32,000 bases of DNA from Vulcanisaeta distributa DSM 14429 (GTDB lineage Archaea; Thermoproteota; Thermoprotei; Thermoproteales; Thermocladiaceae): positions 810,001 to 842,000 of the forward strand of contig NC_014537.1 of the NCBI RefSeq assembly GCF_000148385.1, read 5' to 3'. Below, piece after piece: positions 8,520 to 17,900 of this stretch (positions are counted from its first letter, which is position 1; the number at the start of each line of letters is the position of its first letter). The notes below the pieces were generated by a model. The model made no database searches. It saw only the letters and a program-made list of their open reading frames with translations, and had not been told where the DNA came from. The translations under genes were made by a program, and so were the position numbers.

Positions 8520-9600
8520 GCTCTTCAGCACTGAGCCCAAGACCTCACTGGACGAGCTCTTTGACAGGGAGGCAGAGATAGAGAGATTTAGGAGCGGCCT
8601 TAATGAGCGGTTGGTCCTTGTGCTTGGGATTAGGAGGGTCGGTAAGTCAAGCCTCGTGCTTTCAGTACTTAACTCCCTGGGCATTGACTACATATTCATC
8701 GACGTTAGGAAGCTCTATGATAATGTCTCGAGGAAGGTGCCCGCGGAGAGGATATACAATGAGCTAAGGATGTCACTGGGCAACCTCAGTTTTTGGGAGG
8801 GGGTTAGGAGGATCATTGACGAGATTGACGTATCCCTTGGCCCCATTAGGTTTAGACTTAGCGCCTCGAGGATTAGGGATGGGATTGCAAAGATCCTTGA
8901 GGCGATTAATAATGCCGGTAAGCACGTGGTGCTGATCCTCGACGAGGCCCAGTACCTCAGGTACTCAACGATTGGCCTCAGACCATTACTGGCATACGTC
9001 TATGACCACCTGAGGAACATAACCCTAGTACTCACGGGTAGTGAAGTTGGTCTTCTACACGACTTCCTAGGCATTAATGATCCATCATCCGAGCTCTATG
9101 GTAGGTATTACCACGTTGTTGAGCTTAGGCCATTCGATAGGGGGAGATCCATTGAGTTCCTGAGGAGGGGGTTCAGGGAGTTGGGCATTAACGTTGATGA
9201 TAGGGTCATTGAGAGGGCCGCCGATGAGTTGGGTGGCATTGTCGGCTGGCTTGTTTACTTTGGTAGGCTCTATCCTGAGAGGGGTGTGGATGCAATCAAT
9301 GAGGTTAAGGAGATTGGCGCCAACCTGGTTAGGTCTGAGCTTGAGGAGTTATTCTCGAGGAGCCAGTACTACCGGTACATAATGGAGGCGGTCGCCGTAC
9401 TCGGTAGAGCCAAGTGGAGTGACGTCATGAAGTACCTAATGGCTAGGGTGGGTGAGAGGCCAACCAATGCAACTCTCTCTAGGGACCTAAACAACCTGGT
9501 CAAAATGGGGTTCCTGACCAAGGATGGTGATTGGTACGGCATTCCAGACCCAATAGTTAGGTACGCAGTGCTTAGGGCCAGGTATTTCACGCGCTCATAG
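8518..9600 (+). CDS. Archaeal ATPase (Arch_ATPase/AAA, STAND-like) with a C-terminal winged-helix-like region
   Basis: The family-typical N-terminus is LFDREAEIERF. Walker A is GIRRVGKSSL and Walker B is VLILDEAQYL. The C-terminal DUF234-like segment reads SRSQYYRYIMEAVA. The start codon is uncertain (TTG). Confidence 0.8.
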   Translation: MLFSTEPKTSLDELFDREAEIERFRSGLNERLVLVLGIRRVGKSSLVLSVLNSLGIDYIFIDVRKLYDNVSRKVPAERIYNELRMSLGNLSFWEGVRRIIDEIDVSLGPIRFRLSASRIRDGIAKILEAINNAGKHVVLILDEAQYLRYSTIGLRPLLAYVYDHLRNITLVLTGSEVGLLHDFLGINDPSSELYGRYYHVVELRPFDRGRSIEFLRRGFRELGINVDDRVIERAADELGGIVGWLVYFGRLYPERGVDAINEVKEIGANLVRSELEELFSRSQYYRYIMEAVAVLGRAKWSDVMKYLMARVGERPTNATLSRDLNNLVKMGFLTKDGDWYGIPDPIVRYAVLRARYFTRS

Positions 9601-9828
9601 TCTTTCATAGATATTCTCCCGTTTACCAACCTCGTGATCTATTGAGTATATTATCCTGTAGTCACCAACCCTTGCCCTGCACAACCCCTGAAGCCTTCCT
9701 TTAAGTCCCTTCTCGCAAACAGGGTTGCTAGCTAATTCATTAATCCTATTGAGGATTCCATCGCGCACATCATTTGGAAGGTTCCTTAGCGACCTCTTGG
9801 CCTTTTACGAGAACTCCACGCCGTACAT
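9595..9828 (-). pseudogene. relE: RelE/StbE-family toxin gene disrupted by an in-frame TAA at codon 8, with a degenerate C-terminus
   Basis: The minus-strand translation is MYGVEFS*KAKRSLRNLPNDVRDGILNRINELASNPVCEKGLKGRLQGLCRARVGDYRIIYSIDHEVGKRENIYERL*. The stop is at 9805-9807. The RVGDYRIIY motif is typical of RelE/ParE-fold toxins. The expected C-terminal HR...Y segment is absent. Confidence 0.65.
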
Positions 9829-9830
9829 CT

Positions 9831-10568
9831 TCACTGCTTAATCACACCCTCCTCCACCAACGCCTCATAGGTCTCGTCATTGATTAGTAGATCTAGCGTG
9901 TCTATATATGCGTCGAGTTCATCCGCGTATTCCCTTGACCAGCGGGCAAGTAGGTCCCTATTGCCCTCCCTGTACTCCCTAACCATGCCCAATACCGCGG
10001 ATGTTGATGAGTACCAAGCAAATGCCGTGGCCATTAAATACGCCGATGCCTCACCGGCCTCGTTAAGTGCGCGTTCGTTTATCCTGCTTACTACCTCATT
10101 AAACCCGTACCTAACCACGTTATTCACAACCCACAGATCATACTCAATGAGCATGGACAATGCATAGACGAGGTCCTCAGCATGTGGGTAATTAGTGGAC
10201 CTAATTAACCTAGCCAATTCCCTACTGATTGCTAGTTCAGCCCTGTTAAAATCATTAATGGAAATCTTACTGAGACTGATGCCCCTAACCACATCCTGGG
10301 TAGACCTAATCATGAGGTTAATCACCCTACCCGTGAATATCGGTAGGTCTATTAAAAACGTGTTCGTAACATCCTCAGCATTTAAAACCGCGTAAACCTC
10401 GTTATCTAAGGCATCCCTAAAGGCGTTCGTAATATTACCTACTAAGTCGTTCGATATTCCTAAGGCCGTTACGTAATCACCGAGTCGCCCCATGGATATC
10501 GCTGCGGTCCCGACAAGTCCCACGGGTTTTGGGACTAAGTACTGCTGTAGTATAACTGGCGCTAGCAT
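9831..10568 (-). CDS. Hypothetical protein (245 aa); ends 2 nt before the relE remnant
   Basis: This is a long ORF with no motif I recognise. The C-terminal tail ELDAYIDTLDLLINDETYEALVEEG resembles the ...TLEILSDPE... tails of Phd/YefM-like antitoxins, but that resemblance is weak. Confidence 0.5.
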   Translation of the reverse strand: MLAPVILQQYLVPKPVGLVGTAAISMGRLGDYVTALGISNDLVGNITNAFRDALDNEVYAVLNAEDVTNTFLIDLPIFTGRVINLMIRSTQDVVRGISLSKISINDFNRAELAISRELARLIRSTNYPHAEDLVYALSMLIEYDLWVVNNVVRYGFNEVVSRINERALNEAGEASAYLMATAFAWYSSTSAVLGMVREYREGNRDLLARWSREYADELDAYIDTLDLLINDETYEALVEEGVIKQ

Positions 10569-10663
10569 ATAGTTGCTTAAAATTATGCCCCTTTAAATTA
10601 TTGCTTCAGAGCAATGCGCATCGCCGTAGTGCCTTATTAATTAAGTTGATAGTTATTCTATTG

Positions 10664-11815
10664 ATGAGGAGCAGGGGTTCACTATCGACAATACTCGCCG
10701 GGGTACTAGTGCTAATCGCCTTACTCATGGGTATTGGCATTGCCGTTGAGGTTATGTCCATGGTAGTAACCCTGGAGGGCATAGCAGCAAACCACGTAAA
10801 TACCGTGGGCAAGGCGGCCGCGACATACAGCGGATTAGTAACACAGGGAGGCGCGTTAATAAGCACCAAGGGCCCGGTGACAATAATAGGCGCAGTGACG
10901 CCAAGCGGTTTCGAGGTTATTAATAGCACGACTTATGAGTACGTGAGTAAAAGCACAGAACCCGAATTATTGTTAACAAGTGTAGGGCCGGTGATACTTG
11001 ACCCAGCGCAAACAGACGCAGGTAACCCAGCCCTAGGCGCTAACCCAATTAGTTACTACTTGTATCACTGGGTCTCGGCGGTGATAACCACGGGGCAGAA
11101 CCAACAAAACCAGTACCCAGGGGTCATAGTAACACTGGGTGACAACTACTACCTACTGCATGTGGATCCGAATTACCTGATTGGTCCATTAAATGGCTTA
11201 AACACGTACATAACGAGGGACTACGGAATAGGGCAATGGGGCTGCATAAACATTTACGGAAGCATTGGTGTTAATGGCGCCTACACCACATGTCCAGCTC
11301 CACCACCCGGCCCAATAGATACGGCTGTATACAACGGGTACTGGCCGCAAGTAACAATTAACCCCATTAACAGCACGGCAATAGGCATAAGCATAACATT
11401 CCTAAATGGTACAAGCTTCATCAGGCAACCCCAATACTTCACCCTCTACGTATTAAGCCAGGACAGCGCAGCCTGGCTAAACCCAATATGCAACGGCGCC
11501 CACTTAACGGCCCAGTGCGCCTTTGACATGACTTGGATACAATTCCCAGGGCTGCAGGGAAATACATGCTACTACGTGTACAATCAGTATAACAAGTTTT
11601 TTACCTGGTGCACACTACCACAACCAATAACCTACAACATAGTGATGAACATGAACCAACAAGTGCCGGGCAGGTACTACCTAGTGATGGTGATTACGTA
11701 CCCACAGGGATTCCCAAGTCAATGGTTCGTATGGAACATCACGGGCACGACACAGAACTATCCAACCTGGCTCGATACGCCGGGTCAGCCGGCCACAGTT
11801 GAGGTGCCTGGTTGA
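10664..11815 (+). CDS. Exported or membrane-anchored protein of unknown function, with a possible prepilin-like (class III) signal peptide
   Basis: I placed the start at ATG 10664; the track ORF begins at TTG 10601. The AT-rich TTATTAATTAA lies about 25 nt upstream. The N-terminus is MRSRGSLSTILAGVLVLIALLMGIGIAV. The protein is rich in N, T, Y and P with several N-x-S/T sequons. Confidence 0.6.
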   Translation: MRSRGSLSTILAGVLVLIALLMGIGIAVEVMSMVVTLEGIAANHVNTVGKAAATYSGLVTQGGALISTKGPVTIIGAVTPSGFEVINSTTYEYVSKSTEPELLLTSVGPVILDPAQTDAGNPALGANPISYYLYHWVSAVITTGQNQQNQYPGVIVTLGDNYYLLHVDPNYLIGPLNGLNTYITRDYGIGQWGCINIYGSIGVNGAYTTCPAPPPGPIDTAVYNGYWPQVTINPINSTAIGISITFLNGTSFIRQPQYFTLYVLSQDSAAWLNPICNGAHLTAQCAFDMTWIQFPGLQGNTCYYVYNQYNKFFTWCTLPQPITYNIVMNMNQQVPGRYYLVMVITYPQGFPSQWFVWNITGTTQNYPTWLDTPGQPATVEVPG

Positions 11816-11918
11816 TTTAAATATATATTTACCGTTAAATTATAAATATATTATTTATTTGTTCCACGACAGCCACTGAGTCCCACGGGTTATTCCAACG
11901 GGTCTTCCAAGCGAGTCC

Positions 11919-11926
11919 CTTATAAA
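11919..11926 (+). promoter_or_regulatory. TATA box (CTTATAAA) for the giant surface protein gene
   Basis: The box ends 23 nt before ATG 11949, consistent with a leaderless or near-leaderless mRNA. Confidence 0.5.
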
Positions 11927-11948
11927 CCCAGCCGTGCAGTGGAGTGCG

Positions 11949-14900
11949 ATGACCGGGTCAAAAACCAATTGGACTAAACTAATAATACCAGTAGTAACAC
12001 TAATAGTAGTAATAGGAGTAGTTGCTGGGCTGGGACACCCAGCCCTGGCACAGGTAACGTATGGACCCTACGGACCAGTATCAGTACCGGTACCGCCAAA
12101 GACGTACTCCTGGACGCTGTACTGGAACCTAACAGACGCAAGACTAACAAGTACATACACAACAACGAACCCAGTCTATCAATACCTAATTGATTATATG
12201 GTTCCCTGGTACTTCACAGCCGGTAAGTCCTTCAGCATATACATAGCCAATGCAAGTGACGTCTACTATTGGACAAGTAGTGGTTGGCAGCTTGGCTCAC
12301 CAATTGAAATGACGGCGACAGCCACGGCAAACTCAACGGGCGGTGTTACCTGGACCGTAAGCACAACACTAACCGGCGGAATACAACCAAACCAGGTCTA
12401 CGCCAACTGGACAATAGTAATAGTCCTAAACGGCTACGGAGGAGCCAACTGGCTGGTCTTCAACGTAACATCAATATTCATGGACCTGGCAGACCTAATG
12501 GGCAACCTAACAACAGTAAGCACCGGCAGCTACATACCAGTATCACCATCAATAGCCCAGAGCCTAGTACCATATGAATATACCGAGGCCACTTATTACG
12601 GAGTCACCACCCAGGACTACCCAGCACCAATACCTGGAACTACCTCCACTTCGCAGTACGCAATTGAATACCCACTCTTTAGGCCAGTCAATGGCTCTGA
12701 GACGACGCCGAGTGACCTATACGTTGTTTTACCGGACCTCTACTTCTTCTTCCTATACGTTGGCGCAGCCACCGACACAACATCAATATACCCATTACCA
12801 CCATCACCACAGCTGGAGGCCTCGGTGACCCTGGGCACTGGCGTTACGGTATTCGGACCAACCACGTACAACAGCACGGTATCAGCAGCATCACAGAGCA
12901 TTTATAGCGCCGCTTACACGGGCTTTGGTCCAATATACTACGTAACCAATGAATTTGGCGGCCTTAACTCAGCGGACCACAACTACCCAAGCATTACCGC
13001 CCAGCCAATTACAATAACCGTTAGCTACGTATACCCAAGCGGTCAGTCAGTAACGCTATTCAATTACACAACAGCCACTGCAAATAATGAAACGACGCCA
13101 GAATCCTTCAACGTTGCCGTGGCTTACAACTGGACTGTAGGCTCAATAGCCTTAACGGCAATAATCAACGGAACCACAGATCATGAAGACCCGGCGCTAC
13201 TCGTCGGCATACCTGTTGTGGAGTTTTACCTTGGTAATGTCACTGATCTAAAGGGCAATCTAATAATTGGCAATGCCACGTACATACCCAACCCAATACT
13301 TGCCGAGAAGCTCTACGTTAAGTGGTTACTATCAACAACACCAACCGCCACTGTGGTAAGTGAGAACTATCTACGCTACTACGAAACAACACCAGCCCTA
13401 CTACCAGTCGGTTACTTCAGCGGCACCGGTCCTGGAGCACCGACCTTAACAACCACCGGATTCCCAACGCCAGAGCTCTACATATTCTATGAGAACCAGC
13501 CTGTGTTCACGGCAACACTATCCGTGAGTGGAGTAACCAGCGTCACGATAAATAACATAACGGTAGCATTAATGCCGGTCTTCATAAACATAACCCAGTT
13601 TGCGGCAGGTACTAACGCAACCCAGCAGCTGCCTCTTAGCCCCAACCAAGTGCCTTACATAACCGCCTACTACATGTTCTCCTCTCAGTCACCAATAATA
13701 CAGCAATCACCACCAAGTGGTGCAGAGTCAGGAATGCTGTACTATGAGGAGCAGGTGTGGACTAACGAGACCACGTACGGAACCTACTACCCGGCCACAA
13801 TAGCCCAGTTCCCGCCGTTTGAGGAGTCATCAATAGCCGGTATACTAGTAACGCCTGAGGTCAATTGGTTACCAGCACCACCGCTCACCGCATCAATAAC
13901 TGCAAGGAGTAGTAATGTTGGTTTAACAGCAAGTAACTACACGACGGGTGCCCAGTACTACTACTACAGCTTCTGGCTTACATACAATGGGATGACGGTT
14001 GGCTACGGAGTTTATGAGGTTGGTTACAACGTCACAGGCTCCCCAGGGATCTTCAATGAACAATACAAGTTCACGACACCCGAGGTACCAATATTCCAAC
14101 CAGTCTATGGCAGTAATGCAACGCTGGCGCAGTTCTATGGAAGTGCCGGTGAACTAGCGGTCACAACACCAACTGGTGTAAATCCAAGTGCAGGTACCAT
14201 AGTGTTTGCCAACGTCACGGTGGAGAGGGCCTTCATAGCCGCCACGTACACGGTCTATAACGTGCAGTTCCTCAACCTATGCAATGAGACGATAACCTCC
14301 GGCACGGTTTACGTCAGTGAAATGACACCAAGCGGTGCATCAATAACACTAACACCGGTTACACTGAGTTCATCGGCCTACATAATGAAGATAACATCAC
14401 CAATCGGCCTAAAGATATCCTCGGTGTCTGGCGTACCGTACATAGTGGCCATGTCACCAACATTCAACTTCACGCTGAATTACTATGGCTACGTAATGCC
14501 AAGCGTTAGCTACACCACGAGGCAGCCTGAGTACAACTATGTGCTAACGCCCGGCATCATCAATGTGGTTTACTTCCCATTGATTGACATAAACATACAG
14601 GTACTGAGCCAAACAACGCCGCAGTACCCACTGTGGGGCTTCGCGGTGAGCGTCTACAACTACAACGGGACCTTCGAGATGTGGCATGCAATAACCAACT
14701 CGAGTGGTTTCGTGTATGTGATGAACGTGCCACTCAACGCCAGTTACATACAGCCGCAGGGCAAGGCGTATGTGATGCTTAAGGTTAGGACGATAAGCCC
14801 AGCCACAGACAGCGCCTACCCATATGCCCAGGTCTCATATGAGTACGGGCAGACCTATAGCCAGTACGCAAGCGATTTGAACATACCAAGTGGGTACTAC

Positions 14901-17900
14901 GCCTATACACTTGGTACTAGGGGTCCGTTTGATGAGGACTTGGTCATATACTACGAGCCACTGTCAGTGCCCGTGACGGCCACGTGCGGACAGGTATTCA
15001 ACGTGACCGTGCCCGTCGAGACCCTGAGGGTATACGTGACTGACCTGAAGGGCAACGTGTTGAGTAGCCAGCCCGTCTACCCATGCGCCACGCCGAGCTA
15101 CTGCCCAAGCTTCTACTACAACGTGACGTTGGTGATCGCCGACCAGTACAGCCCGTATGACTTGGCGAGCCAGTGGGCAACAACAACGCCCGCCTTCACA
15201 TTCTACTACAACCTAACCGACTTCAGGGTTGTTGGGCAGACATGGATGCAGCCCATCTACGAGAGCCTAGAGGAGAAGTTTGAGGCGTTAATGAGCGCCG
15301 CCCAGTCTGAGTACCAGAGTGGTTTAATAAGCCTACAGCAGTACGCGATGTGGTACACGGGCAACTACAGCTACTACATACTAGCCGCCACACTGGCTAA
15401 CTACAGCACTGCGTCGCCATACGCCGTATTCAGCTTCCCATCAATAGTGCCTCACGAGGGCACCATATTCGTGAGGCTATTCATGCCGGGCCAGGTATTC
15501 CCAATGAAGGTCTACTACCTAGGCCAGGAGGTATTCAACCAGTTAGTCCCGGTGCCACAGCCCAATGAGATAGCCGTGGTAAAGCCAAACGGGCAGGTGC
15601 AGTACGTAACGAACTACACGGTCTATGAGGGCGGCCAGGCAGTATCAGTACCGCCGGGTAGCGTAGTCATTGAGACCAGCGTATACCCAGTCACCTTCAA
15701 CATAACCAGCAAGAGCGGGCTATACCCAGTGGGCAACACCTACCTAGGCCTGACATTCACTGACGTGCTCTACAGGGAGTACGTAATGCCAGGAACATCA
15801 CTAGGCACATCGGTAGCCCAGCAGTACATAAGCAACATACTATACCCATTCAGCGCCGCGATTGAACCTAATTCACTAGGTTATTCCTCAGGAATACTAA
15901 CGCCGAATGATATCTATGTGATAATGAACAACGGCACCTACGCAATAGTTGAGACTTATGGCACGACAACCGTTGATTACAACCCAAGGGCGGTTGCTGG
16001 CTATGAGCCCGTCAATAATGTCTACTCAATGGCTGGCTACGTACTGCCAAACCTAATGGGCTTCTTCGTCAACTCCAGCTCACCAACAATAAGCCTAACG
16101 CCACTGTACATGACTAGTATCTACCCGAACGTATTCAGTACAACGCCGTCTACCGTGGTCTTCAACCTAACGATGGGCATACCCACATACTCCACGGTAC
16201 TTGGCACAACAGCCACTGCCTACCCGAACGACACATTCCTATACGCACCAAGCGCCTCCTACAGTGAGTATAGGTTGTTGATTAACGAGTCATTACTAGC
16301 GCCAACCCAGGTCCTGCTCAATGGAACATCAGTACAGGCTATGCAGCTAAGTGGCATTAGCCCAACGACGTATGCAGTGGAGGTTTCACAGCAGTACTAT
16401 TCGGTGCTGAACTTCACGTACTCAATAACGCCCAACATAGCCAGCTACAGGCTGTGGGAGGCCTACATAAACGCCACTGGAATGACCTCAATAACCAACG
16501 CCACGATAGGCATATACGCAGCCAACGCCACCGGCTGGTACTTCGTCTACAGAGTTAATGAGATCTCAACGTTCCAGGAGGCGATGACCAGGACAATACC
16601 GCTATACCTAACACTGAATGTGTCTGCCATAGAGAGTAAGGTGGAGAATGTGCAGTACGTCGCAGTGGTGCTCTACATCTACGGCAGCGGCTCACTGTAC
16701 ATACTACCGCCAGCCGCAGCCACGGACCACGTGCACGTGCAGTACCCAGTACTGAGCACTGGATTCGGCGGTACAATAGGTTACAATACCGAGAACCTGT
16801 ACACCAACTCGACCGGCACGGGCACAATGAGCATAACGTTCTCATACCCAGTTCCCAATAATGAGTGGTACCCGTACTTCGGAAGCCCACTGACAGTCGT
16901 AATACCAGTACCAAGCAGTGGTGAGGCGGTGTTTGACATACCATGGTGGGCACCAACGACTGGCGCCTACGGTACGAGGATTGCGAGGTTCTGGGTGATG
17001 GGTACAACAAGCACGCAGAACATTGGCTATGGAAGCATAACCACCGTCTATACGCCAAGCCAGTACACGCCAACAGCCCCATCACCACTACCTGAGCTGG
17101 CAATAAGCAGCTACGTGCTGCTGAACTACATAACGCCTGAGCAGGGAGCATCAACGGTGTACACTGGCGAGATACCGCCTGGCACAGTATCAAGCAGCGG
17201 CTCACTGTACATGACCGCGATTGGCGCCGGCACAGGCGGTACATCAGCCCCAATGCTGATGTACGACACACTATTCCCAGAGAACCTATGGAATGTGACT
17301 CTGAGCACTATGCCGGCCAATGGCGTGTATAACATTAGGACGACTGCCCTGGAGAGCGTTGACATATACAACAACGCCTCGTTCCCGATATTTGTGACAG
17401 GCTTCACATACTCATCAGCAGGCAGCAACTACCCACTGAGTGCGCCAACCACTGAGGTTGTCCCAGGAACACTTGCTGAGATACCTGCTAAGTACATCTA
17501 CGGCAGCAGCTACGAGTTCACATCAACGTGGTGCGACCTAGGCAACTACACGCCATACATACCGGATCTATCAGCAACATTCTACTACACACCGCCCAAC
17601 GCCACCTTCTACCTAGCCAACGGCACTGCACTGCCATTTACCGTGTACCCGAACGGCACAGTCGTCATTGGAACACACACCTACAGCATAAGCCAACTGG
17701 AGGCTCCACTGCAGTCGCCAAGCATTAACTTCACAACGCTATACGCAGGCAGTGAATTAGACAGTAGTAACACGACGGTGACGATACCGCAGTTTGGTGA
17801 GAGTGCCAGGAGTAGTGTGTATTATGAGTCGTACTACAACTACACAAGTTCAATAGTTGGTGCTCAGGCAATACTGTATGACCACGAGGCATACCCAGTC

